Part shown: positions 1 through 12,000 of the stretch, piece by piece
How the letters are laid out: every line of letters starts with the position of its first letter
Position numbering within the stretch: the first letter of the stretch is position 1
NCBI GenBank assembly: GCA_020137815.1
Contig: CM035353.1
Location: forward strand, 3,472,001 to 3,536,000
DNA length: 64,000 bases
Reading direction: 5' to 3'
Origin: Hormiphora californensis
Taxonomy: Eukaryota > Animalia > Ctenophora
Position numbers and translations under genes: made by a program
Notes under the pieces: generated by a model
Told to the model about the DNA's origin: nothing
Databases searched by the model: none
The model's input: the letters and a program-made list of their open reading frames with translations, nothing else

Positions 1-107
1 AAAACAGTGAAGATAAAACAGAAAATATGATGAAAACAAGTAAAAAATGATATCTAACCTGAAAATATACGACGTTTTAACGGATTATATTAGCAGGGTC
101 TATTCCT

Positions 108-3100
108 AAGGTCGCCCCGAACCCCGGCCTTTTACTCTCTAAAATATTCCGCACTTTGACCAACATGCAAACAAATGCTTGTCGTGTGTCCTTTTCTCAT
201 CGTATCAAGTTCTAATAAACACCATCTTTTAGAAAATTTAATTCCGAGTTTGCTGGTGAAAACTAGGTTTAATTTGGAAAACAACAAGCAAAATGACAGC
301 AAAAACCGCGTACGACTACCAAAATCAGTCACGTTACCCAAGCATTTTGTTTTGATTGTAGCTCAGGAACTAAAACCGATCTCAAAAATCGGCCACATGT
401 CCCACCTAGAACTTTGTCTCATCTTTCCCGTGGTACCGGAGTTGTACAGATTGGGTCAATACCCATGATTTCTATAAAGAAAAACAACGAAAAAAGCAAT
501 TTTGCTTCAAAATCACACTGCTCTCTCCTCCGAAATTAAGGTCGCCCCAAACGTTATTGCCTATGTATCTCTCCCACTCACTAGTTAACACCACAATCTC
601 ACCAATCTGGTTTGGCTCTCGAGATGGGAGAGAATGTGAGAACAACGTAGCGAGGGAGAGAGATACATACCAAAATACAAAATAAGGTCGCCCCAGTACT
701 ATATTCGTATGTATCTCTCTCTCTCCCCCACTGTCGAGATGAGTGAGAATATGACAACAACGTAGCGAGGGAGAGAGATACATACCAAAATACAAAATAA
801 GGTCGCCCCAGTAGTATGTTCTTATGTATCTCTCTCTCCCTCACGACTTAACACCATGTTCTCACCGTGTAAGTTGCATTTTTCCCTTTTCTCCTTTTCT
901 CCCTTCTTTTTTTCCCCTCTTTTTTCTTTTTTTTTTTCCCCATTTTTTTCCCCCCCCTTTTTTTTTCCCCCCCTTTTTTTTTTTTCCCTTTTTTTTTTTT
1001 TTTTTTTCCCCCCCCCCCCCCCCACCCCCCTTTTTCCCCCCCTTTTTTTTTTTTTTCCCCCCCCCCCCTTTTTTTTTTTATTCTTTTCCCCCCCCCCCCC
1101 CCCCCTTTCCCCTTTTTTTTTCCCCCCCCCCCCCAAATTCTTTTTTTTCCCCCCTTTTTCCCCCCGTTCCCCGGGGGTCCCTCCCCCCCCCCCCTTTTTT
1201 TCCCCCCCAAACCCCCCCTTTTTGGGGGGGGGGCCCCCCCCGGGAAAACCCTTTTTTCCCCCGTCTGGAATTTTCCCCCCCCCTTTTTAAAGGGGGGGAA
1301 AAAACCCCCAAATTTTTACCCCCCCCCCCCACCCCCCCCCAAAAATTTTTTTTTCGAAAAAAAAAAAAAATTTTATTTTTTTTTTCCCCCCCCCCCCCCA
1401 AAAAGAATTCCTTTTCCCCTTTTTTTTCCCGGGTTTTTTAATTCCTTTTTTTTTAAACCCCCCCCTTTTTTGCCCCCCTTAAAAAACCCCAGGCCCTTTC
1501 TTCCCCCCCCCCCCCTTTTTTTTTTTTTCCCCTTTTTACCCCCCCCCCTTTTTTTTTTCCCCCTTTTTTTTTTTTTGGTCTGGGGGGAAAATTCCTTTTT
1601 TTTCCCCTTTGGGGGCCTTACCCCCCCGGGCCCCGGGGGGGGAAAACCCCCCCCCTTTTTTCCCCCCCCCCGGGTGCCAAAAAAAAAAAATTTTTTTTTT
1701 TTTTCTCTCTCTCTCTCCCCCCCCTTCCCCCCCCCCCTTTTTTCCCCCTTTCCCTCTTTTTTCCCCCTTTTTCCTCCTCCTCTCTTTTTCCCTCTCTTCT
1801 TCCACACACCCAACAACTCGTCACTCACCATTTTTGGAAAGGGGGGGGGGGAAAGACCCTTTTTTTAACCTCTAGAACGAAAAATTTTTTTTTTTTATTG
1901 AAATGAACTTTTTATTTTTTCAAAAAAGTTCGGTGAGAAACAAAATGGGGTGAAATAACTTTTAGAAACCTGAACTGTTCTCTTGTGGTCGTCCAATTTA
2001 GCTGATCTTGGGGGGAAATTAAACAACGCCAAAAAGAGAGAGGGGGAGAGAGAGAGAGAGAGGAGGGGGAGAAGAAGAGGAGGGGGGGGGGAAAAAGGGG
2101 AAAGGGGTTTTTTATATGCCCCTCAGAAACCCCCGCCCTGCAAATCCCCCCAAATCTTTCAAGACAAACCCTTAGGTCGTGCATATATCCCCCTCAGGGG
2201 TTTTTAGCAGGTTCTTCAGTCGAACAAAGGGTGTCTAGAAAGGCTTGTGGGTTTCTGTGGGGGAATAGTAGGATTGCATCAATAATGAAATAGAGAAAAT
2301 TTTAAAAAAACTCATGTATAGCTCGTTTGGGGCCTATAAAATCCAATTTTTCAAATTTGGCAATTCCCCCCCCTCTGAGGGTTGGAAAAATTCTCATTGA
2401 TTAGCGTATCAAAAAATTTCGGTTTTTGTGGGTTTTGCTTTATATAAAACAGAAACGGAAATACTAATTTCATATTCTTTCGAGCCGCGAACCACACAAA
2501 CCAAACCCCCCCCCTCCGCTGAGATCTGAATTTAAAAACGGTGAGAACAAAGGGTTAACGTGAGGGAAGAGAGATACATAGAACTACACTGGGGGGACCT
2601 TTTTTGTTTTTGGTATGTATCTCCTCCCGTACGTTTTTTGTATATTCTCACTCATCCGACAGTGGGGGGAGAGAGAGAACAACGAATTAGGATGGGAGAG
2701 ATACATAGGGAATAACGTTTGGGGCCCTTAATTTGGAGGGGAGAGCGTGTTTTTTGAAGCAAAAAATTTCTTTTTTTCGTTGTTTTTTTTAAGAAATAGG
2801 GATTGACCCCAAACTGTACAACCCGGTACCAGGGAAAAATAGACAAAGTTCTAGGGGAATGTGGCCGATTTTTGAGATCGGTTTTAGTTTCCGAGCTACA
2901 AACAAACAAAATGCTTGGGGAACTGACGATTTTGGGATCGTTTTCGCGGTTTTTGCTTCATTTTGCTTGTTTTTTCCAAATTAACCAGTTTTTCACCCGC
3001 AAACTCGAATTTAAATTTTTTTAAAAAATGGTGTTTATTAAAACTTTAACAGAAAAAGGACACACACAAGCATTTTTTGCATGTTTGGGCAAAGTGCGGA

Positions 3101-3135
3101 AATTTAAGGTAAAAGGGGGGGTTTGGGGGGACCTT
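108..3135. mobile_element. Long inverted-repeat (foldback) element; centre and right arm degraded by sequencing error
   Basis: ~108-867 is the reverse complement of ~2540-3135 (e.g. 800-867 vs 2541-2600), but the right arm has many homopolymer errors. The left arm has internal ~120-bp repeats. Confidence 0.6.
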
Positions 3136-3560
3136 GGGTAACCCGATTGGGTATCCTAATGATTTCACTAGCTTTTTTTTAAAGCTTTTTGGGTCATGGG
3201 GCCCTATAATTTTTTAGGACCCTTTTTTCCTTGGAAAATTGGGGCCCCTAACGACATTTTGCGGGGTCTGGAAAAATTTTGTGTAACGCGTAAAGAAAAT
3301 TTTTTGGTCAAAAGGGCATGGTGCCGTCTCACCTTTTCCCAAAAAATGGCGAAAAAAAAAAGAAACCCCAAAAACCCAAATTTTTTTGGTCCTAAGATGC
3401 CCCTGGTTAGGGACAATCCAAAACCATCGTTTTTTGCAAAAAAAAAGGTCAGAATTTCAGGGGGGGGGGGTTTTTTTTTTTGCAAAAAACCCTGAAAAAA
3501 AGCCCCCTTTTTTTGGACCAAATCGAATTTCATCCTAAACTGGGTTTTTAAAAATCAATA
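860..3560. other. Low-quality homopolymer-rich sequence (probable long-read/assembly artefact)
   Basis: Runs of C/T/G/A give poly-Pro/Phe/Gly/Lys pseudo-ORFs and lie inside and after a long palindrome. Confidence 0.8.
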
Positions 3561-5789
3561 ACTTTAGGATCGTGTTGAGCAGAGTCTAAACCTCAATTTA
3601 AGCCTCAAATAATGACAAACTACCCATCTGGTCCATGGCGACAGCCTTTCAAAGTTAAAAAATGGGGTTTTCACCGAATTCTAAAAATAGCCCCCAAAAT
3701 CGAGTGCGAAAACCGATTAGACATAATTTTTGCTCAAATGTCTTTAGAAGGGGTCATTATTCACCCACAAAGAGTCTTGGGCCTAACGGAATCATTTAAC
3801 GGCTTGCATAAGGCTAATACCACGACCTGATTTTTGGCACGTAGATCGCAACACAACTGGAGGTTAGACATGGTCGCTCACCCATCCAGTGAAACCCGTT
3901 CTGAACTTCATGTATGGTCTTAGGAATCCAAAATTGTCCAATCTAAAAGATCCTGTAAAAATTTTTGGTCCCCAACATCACATGCGACCAGGAAGGGCCA
4001 AGTGCAAATCTTTATGGATCACCCTAATATAACAGGATCATAGAAACAGGATTATATAGAAAAGATAATATATAACAAATAATAAGATCAGAATGAGATA
4101 AGATGAACAAGATTAGAATGAAATAAAATGAAAAAGATGAACAAGATCGTAATGAAATAAAATGAACAAGATTAACAAAATCAGAATGAGATAAAATGAA
4201 CAAGATCAGAATGAGATTAAACAGGAAAGATAGGTTGGTAATGTTCCGTGAAAGCTAACCGACGGTGCATCCGGGTCGTTTGCCAACATACACAGTAGGA
4301 GCACTCTACTAACCGTGATTCTAAATCAGACAAATCAGTGCGGTGGGAAAAAACAAGATAACACAGAGCAAATATCCCCATTGAGTCCCCATATATATAA
4401 ATGCCTAAACGGTGTTTTACCCCCTCACTGTCCTCGTATTCCTCACGAAATCTGTTCTTCTCGTTGTTTTATCTAAGAGATTAAAAAATCATAAATGAAA
4501 CTATCATGGGGATGGTGGATATAACACTTTTCTTCTATAATTGTTTAAAAAATATTGTTCTCATGTTACTATACTATTTCACTACTTACCAATTGACATG
4601 ACCATACAGCATCGAACAAGGCTCGGAATTTTGGAACCTTGAGCTTGGTCCACCCTCCAATTTGAGATACAATAATAGAGATATCAGCCACGACAGCTCC
4701 ACCACTCCTCGGGGTCACCTTGTGCTTCTTTGCGAGCGACAGTAGGCCGGATTTTGGGGGCTGATATAATTTCCCTCCATTGACAAAGGCAGAAGGCTTC
4801 AGCAACAAAATCTGGTTCGAACTGGAGTACCTCTTCGACCTGTTGCTTTTGATACGGCGCTACTTTTGCCAGCATCCCGTGCTGCTGGTTGGTAACTCTC
4901 GTCCTCTTCACCTCCGACCTCTGCACATCCTTTTTCTGTTTCAGACCGGGCATCAGAAAATTGTTCCTCGTTACACCTGCAGTTGCTGGGACAGTACACT
5001 CGAATAGCCGGTCTTTTCTGAATGCCTCCCTCTCATGTCCTTCCACCTCATTTCCATACAGTTTATTTTTATAAAAAACGAAAAGGACACGTTTGGTATG
5101 AAAGGAAATTTTTTAGAATTCAGGCAACAAGAGGGTTCCCGTCTAGAGGTCCATGGTTACCTCCTCATTAGATTTCCTCTTCTTTCTTGGGGTGCTGATT
5201 CCGTATGGTTGTGGGGGTCGGAAACTCTCATGGATATGGTGTGAGAGTCTTCTGGGACACACTAGAAAGTTATGAAATGGTTTCATATCTTGTATAGGCG
5301 AGCAGGAATTCTGCGGTGGAATGGCCAGTTCTTGTTCTAATCTCCTCAGTACTGTATTACTGTACTGTCATTAGACAGACCCAGCTGAGCATCTTCAGTG
5401 TAGTACAGGACCACACCAATATATATTGCATAATATTCTGTAAGTGTAATACAGTCTGTAAGTGTAATACAGTCTGATTGGTCCCCTCCTCCTCATTGCC
5501 ATTTGTTCTCCTATGACTGGGACTCTGGTCCTCCTGACCACCACAGTTTCTTCCACCAACTCGACCCAGCTCATAAATGTTGTTTTTTCGATCATGTGGT
5601 TCATTATCCTAGGCAGAGATTGTGAGATTCTGAAAACTTTTTGTTTTCTGTGCAATTCGGCCACATCATACAAAAAAAATACTTTTTAAAATAAATTGAG
5701 TTAGTTATATATTTTTAAAAGTTTATTCTTGCTCCCACAACCCCCCAAGATCGGGACAAGGATCAGATCTGCTGATGATTATTGTGACA

Positions 5790-6090
5790 TTTGACAACTA
5801 TATCGTGTTTTTCCACGATAGTTCGTCACAATACTATACAGCTGATCCCTCGCTTGCCTACACGATATAGAATACGCAAGCGAGGTTGCTAATACCAAGC
5901 TGTCAGTGATTCTAGGGTCTAAAACCGGCCTCTTCAAGTTCCTGGCGTCTGCTTTCCCGAATGTTCGCAGGGTATGGCTGTTGACCGTGTCTTCAGTGAA
6001 CTCTTCGAACAGTATCGTTCTGAAATCCCCAAGTTACCAGAACCCTGATTTACTGATATCGATTTACAGGGTTTCGAGAGTATGGAAAGT
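5790..6090 (-). pseudogene. BEN-domain remnant
   Basis: Manual translation ILFEEFTEDTVNSHTLRTFGKADARNLKRPVLDPRITDSL matches the BEN pattern LFxxE...(S/T)LxG...(K/R)PxLDP. In-frame stops upstream. Confidence 0.55.
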
Positions 6091-6928
6091 GTAATATAAC
6101 AGTCTGATCGGTACCAGAGGCGGCGGCCCCCTCCTCAGCACCACCTCCTGTTCCTCCCCTATGATTGCCACTAGAGGCGGCAGCCCCCTCCTCAGCACCA
6201 CTTCCTCCTCCTGACCACCACAGTTACCTCCACCCAGCTCCTAAATGTTGTTTCTTCGATCATGTGGTTCATTATCCTAGGCAGAGATTGTGAGATTATA
6301 ATGAAAACTTTTTTGTTTTCTGTGCAATTCAGCCACATCATACAAAAAAAATAATTTTTTAAATAAATTAAGTTAGTTATATGGTAAATATATTCATGTA
6401 GGAATATTGTACAGACTGGCCCAAAGAGTTGGAGCCACTTGTGTTAACTCCTCAACTTTCGAAAGGGACCAGTGGAAATAATATTGGCATATAATTGAAA
6501 CCATACCTACTGAAGTGTCTTGCATCATACAAATGTTGTGCGGTGTTTCAGTTAAGTAGGATTCTCTAGAGAGCATGTAAGGCAACATGACAATTATCCC
6601 ACTAATCCAACAAATAAAGCAACCCCACAATAACAAAAATACGCTGCGGGGAGTTGTAGGCCCGGTGTGGGACGGAATTAAATAAATAACGAGAGATCGA
6701 TTAATATTTATAACTTTTTCATGTTTATTTCTATAAATTATTCTACAAGGTCTCATAATCTTCAGCCTACATCGGAAATTCAACTTAAAGTTCAATAAGG
6801 AAACAAAGTGGCAATATCATGGAAACACCACATCCCCCATTTCCGCAAAGTCCGCAAACCCTGCCCTTCCAGGTACTCGTTTCCATATCCGGAGGTTATA
6901 CAGGTATTTTACTCTGGCCATGAATCTA

Positions 6929-7141
6929 TAGGGCTCGCTTCCTTGCTGTCGTGAGCTTTGGCCTCAGACAATCTCGAACCTAAGTGCTCTTATTTATATA
7001 TAGGGCTCGCTTCCTTCCTGTCGTGAGCTTTGGCCTCAGACAATCTCGAACCTAAGTGCTCTTATTTATATATAGGGCTCGCTTCCTTCCTGTCGTGAGC
7101 TTTTGCCTCAGACAATCTCGAACCTAAGTGCTCTTATTTAT
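6929..7141. repeat. 72-bp tandem repeat x3
   Basis: GGGCTCGCTTCCTT...CTCTTATTTAT units start at 6931, 7003 and 7075. Confidence 0.95.
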
Positions 7142-7209
7142 GTACTTATTGGTAGCCTTGTTCGACCTTGTATTGTTCGAACCCGGGGAGGGAGGGTCGA
7201 ACAAGGCAA

Positions 7210-7350
7210 CCCTACTAAAATATAGTTCGACGCGACGCGACGCGCGATCGATGAACGATCGATAAACGATCGATAAACGATCGATATCGATCGTTTATCG
7301 ATCGTTCATCGATCGCGCGTCGCGTCGCGTCGAACTATATTTTAGTAGGG
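7210..7350. mobile_element. Palindromic MITE, CCC...GGG termini, 2-bp TSD (CMC/EnSpm-like)
   Basis: CCCTACTAAAATATAGTTCG...CGAACTATATTTTAGTAGGG flanked by AA/AA, with internal CGATCGAT repeats. Second copy at 28307. Confidence 0.85.
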
Positions 7351-8229
7351 AAGTTAGTACTAGGAATTATATTAAAATAAAATAAAAAGAGTTTGAACAA
7401 AACAAGCTCGATCCTGCTCGATGGTTTGAAATGAAACTAATTTCCTTGCAACATCTGCCTCGTCTAGTCATTTTCTCCAGTTTTTAGTCTCCAGAATTGT
7501 ATTTTTTCTGTCCGTGGCCTCGCACGGGGTGTAGAATACACGCGATCCTCGCCAGAGCGGGGTTACGCCAATGTCGATTTCATCGCACGTTTTGTCCCAG
7601 GGGAGTAGGTGGTTTATGGCCACCCACTCCTCATGGGACAACGCACACTCGCAAGGTGAAGGATTCATGACGAACAAGACTGGCTCCCACGTGAATGTCA
7701 GGAGTTAAATATCCCCCACCCCTGATTTTCGAGCATCCATTATCTTTTTCGTTGTTTTCTCGTACTTCTGGCGTAGGGCAATTTCCCCTCCCACCTCAGA
7801 AGTTGCTAAGCGAGCGTCCGGGTTCACCCTTGCCCGGCATGTTGATAAAGGATTCTGTAATAGCTGGTACTACTGGTCGTAATCAGATAGGCTGTATTCC
7901 AGGTGAACTGGTCTGCGAGTTTGGAATCTGCAGCACTGTACACCGCCTCTCTAACACAGATCTCGATGATACTTCAGTAAGGTGTTGGTCGGTAATAAGC
8001 CCGGGGGTAATATTCCAATGTGTCAGATAATCAGTATAAGATTAAAATCTCTTATCAATACAACAACACATTACATGTGTCACGTTAATCAGACAGTAAA
8101 AAAATGGCACAGTGACCAAGAAATGATAAGCTTTGAAGTTAAAACAAAAAAGATGAATATGAATTTAAGAAAAGATGTTTTAATGATACGAATTCTATAA
8201 AATTTACAACTTAAGTTAGGAAAGATTGA

Positions 8230-8936
8230 ATCAGAAGTTCCCACAGGTACTTAGCTTTACACCCTCCCGAGCTCCTTTTCATAAAGAAGAGGGTGAGCTC
8301 TACAAGCTGTTCGACAATTACAGCACTCTATCTGAGGAGTCCTCTGAGTCAAGGTCCTCGTTAATTCTCCACTTCGTCTAGTAAAGCTTCACCCAGTTTC
8401 TCCTGTAATTATGCTTTCTCTTGTTCCAGCCTCCTCTTTGTTCCCTCTAGTTCCTCTCGGTGCCGGGTCTCTAATGCAGTTTTCTCCACCACGTGTTTTT
8501 TCTGCACCGCCTATATTTTCTGCCTGAAGTCTTATCTCGTTGTTTCACCTCCTGTTCCATCTTCTTCTTCCAATTTCCTCCCGTGCATGTAGCTCCTTTG
8601 CAGAATTGGTTAACAGGTCCTCTTTGACCTCCGTAGCCTTTGGTTCTGGGGGAGATCACGGGGCAAGTGGTCACAGTAAACACGATAAACATGGGCAAAT
8701 GTAAACCTTCGTTTACTTGTGACATGTTTTACAAATACGACAACAGATATCAGTAATATAAAATAGAGAAGGTCCCCACTATTATCACAATCTCTCCATG
8801 CTTTTATACTATAATATCATAAGGATTCAAGTAGCTGAGTCCATAAAAACGCGGAGTCTGCGGAGTGGTTTGGGTTGCTGCATCCTTGGTTGAGTCATCA
8901 TTGAGTATCTTCTCCAGCTCTGTTACGAGATCCATG
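8230..8936 (-). pseudogene. Decayed coiled-coil + Cys-cluster ORF
   Basis: Starts MDLVTELEKILNDD (paralogous to MDLVSELEKILSDE at 18255). Later RHREELEGTKRRLEQEKA and ECCNCRTAC, with stops and frameshifts. Confidence 0.35.
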
Positions 8937-9033
8937 ATCCTGGAGGGAGAATGGGTGATAATTATATATTATAACCATAATACAAAGTTATGCTCAAAGA
9001 TGAAATAAAGGTATAATGTGCTACTCTATACTA

Positions 9034-10203
9034 CTGTGTGATTTTAAATGACTGAGACTGCTCTATCTCAAATTGTGTAAAAACTATGGCATCTTTCGAC
9101 TTCAAATTTTGGGACACGATAAAACATAATTTCTCATTTATTCTCCCAGATTTTCAGAAAATTTCCGTGTTCCTGAATGAACTTATTGCCATAAAACCTC
9201 CTCCAACTTTATACAGTCATATCTCTGGATTCTAATGAGATAGAGAGTTCAGATTTTTAGGATAGACAGATAAGACGATTTTGGATGTTTTGTCTGCTTT
9301 ACGAGTTGATAACTTTTACCGTCTGTTCACAGGAACTGTTTAAAGTGATGTAACACGCCCTAATTAGGCCAAATTTACGTCATTTTACCCCTCAAAGATC
9401 ACATGTCCAGCTGCTTTTTTTTAGTGGGCTAATGAGGCCTCTTACACGAATTCGTCACGTGTTACTGCAAGGATACCGCTCTCCTTTTTCACATTGACCA
9501 AGCAGACATGATCATGGTGTCTGGAAATGGTAACAAGTTGTAGGAAACCAGACAGCTGCTGCTCTCTACTTCAATCACTCTCTCGTTATAAGGTCACGTG
9601 ACTGGAATTGGGATCTCGACATCAGACATGATCACAATGTCTACCTTATAACGAGAGAGTGATTGAAGTAGAGAGCAGCAGCTGTCTGGTTTCCTACAAC
9701 TTGTTACCATTTCCAGACACCATGATCATGTCTGCTTGGTCAATGTGAAAAAGGAGAGCGGTATCCTTGCAGTAACACGTGACGAATTCGTGTAAGAGGC
9801 CTCATTAGCCCACTAAAAAAAAGCAGCTGGACATGTGATCTTTGAGGGGTAAAATGACGTAAATTTGGCCTAATTAGGGCGTGTTACATCACTTTAAACA
9901 GTTCCTGTGAACAGACGGTAAAAGTTATCAACTCGTAAAGCAGACAAAACATCCAAAATCGTCTTATCTGTCTATCCTAAAAATCTGAACTCTCTATCTC
10001 ATTAGAATCCAGAGATATGACTGTATAAAGTTGGAGGAGGTTTTATGGCAATAAGTTCATTCAGGAACACGGAAATTTTCTGAAAATCTGGGAGAATAAA
10101 TGAGAAATTATGTTTTATCGTGTCCCAAAATTTGAAGTCGAAAGATGCCATAGTTTTTACACAATTTGAGATAGAGCAGTCTCAGTCATTTAAAATCACA
10201 CAG
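9034..10203. mobile_element. ~1.17-kb foldback element with ~560-bp apparently perfect arms, TA-flanked
   Basis: Arm 9034-9594 is the reverse complement of 9643-10203, with a 48-bp spacer. Ends TA|CTGTGTGATTTT...AAAATCACACAG|TA. Confidence 0.9.
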
Positions 10204-12000
10204 TATTTACTAATACATGACTATAGATTGACTGACCTGTTATAGAACTATGACAAACTAGGGAGAGTGCGGTTATGGTAGTTGGTGCCAAGAAAACGGT
10301 TAATGAGGGGGTGACTAATGCATATTCTGCCCATTCTCCTGAAAGCAATAGTCTCCGGGGGTGGTGGTCTTTTCGTGGACACTGCCGTTAGTGGATCAGT
10401 TCCCCACCGCTGAACTCGCACCTGATATAACTGCGGTGGTGGAGGAGGCGGCGGAGGTGGTGACGGGGTGGTCACGAGGCCCGGCTGCTTATTCTTGGAT
10501 CGTTTCTCAACATATGTTGAGAGACATACTCATCTCCTCTGGCCGAGAACTCAACTTTGATACAGCTAACTGTCAACTGGCACAGCTCATCAGCTCCCCG
10601 AATGGCAAAGACTACCTTTAGCTCCTTTGCAGAATTGGTAACAGGTCCTCTTTGACCTACCCCATAGTCCATGTGGACTTCCCCTTCCACTCCCAAATCA
10701 CGAAGGTACTCTGCAAGTTTTTCCTCATCCATGTTTGCTCCTATATAGAGAGAGAGGGTATGGAGTGAGGGGTGAAAGGAAGAAAGTTCCAAGAAGGGTA
10801 AATTTATTGCAATCGGGGCGTTTATTAGGGAATATAGGTTTTAGAAGGCTTCACGGTGGATGTATTGGGGCAGTTGTATTTGGGGTTAATAAAACAACGG
10901 TTCGAAATAAGTTTATAATAAAGTAAAAAATATAAAATACAGTTAGGGGGAATATTACTGTCTATCCCCCCCCTATAAATAATTGTTCCTATTGTACAGG
11001 CATAGGAGCCTATTATGGCTCCAGCCGCTACATAGTCCACATCTGATCATAGGTTGGTGTCCCCCTGCCGGTGCCAGTTCCCCCCCGCTGGGCGCCTCCG
11101 TCTGCGTCCAACGCTGCTTTCCCCCTCTGCGTTCCTCTGTTTGCACCCCTACCTCGCGTCTGCTTACACTTCTTCTGTGCCCCCGCTGTCCACCAGAGGC
11201 AGTGGCCTCTTTCTCTTTGCTAAGTACTAATTCAGTAAGGTGTTGTCCGGTAATAAGTCCGGGGGTTAATATGATAATGTGTACAATATATGAAACAATA
11301 TCGATATTTAATAGCAATCTCGACACTATGACAAACTTTTTATACAGGAAAGATATTTAATTGCTATAATATCCGAATCTGTCAGATTACAGATAATCAT
11401 TTAATTTCAAGATTAAAATATCTTTTCAATACATTAACACACATGTTACGTTAACAGTGAAAAAAGATGGAACAGTGACCAAAAAATGATAAACATTGAA
11501 GTTAAAACAAAAAGATGAAAATGAGTTAAAGGAAAGATGTCTGTATTAGTAAAAATAAGAATTCCATAAAACTTAAAAGTTAAATCAGGAAAGAATGAAT
11601 ACAAAGTCCTTCCTCGAGGTGGGCCTCCTCGGTATTCTGCTGTTAAGTCCTCTTGGTGGGAATGCCCCGTTTATTTGCCCATTCCACTTCACAATGTGCC
11701 TTGGGGCAGTCTGACGGTCTAGGCATTGGGTCTAGGTTGTTTACTATCAGAGATAACCGACACGTGTTCAGTTCAAACGCAAGTTTGGACGATTGGGTAG
11801 AATTTTCGGCAGGGCACCTTCCCCAGGCAATCACCGCAGGTCATACAATCTCTGGTGACACGCTATAAGGGAGTAGGGTATGTTAGGGGGAGGGGACGGT
11901 AAACGGAGGGGGACGGTCATTATATCATGTTTGCGTGTCACTATATACATCGGTGTAAACATCAATTTCAATATCAGCTTATGCAAATATTACTAAAGTT

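Noticed and set aside
822-1875. Long Pro/Phe/Gly/Lys-rich ORFs
   Set aside because: Products of homopolymer noise. The same applies to ORFs at 39194-40383 and 59062-59638.
6929-7141. CRISPR-like array (also 54543-54930)
   Set aside because: Contiguous tandem units without unique spacers, no cas genes, eukaryotic context.
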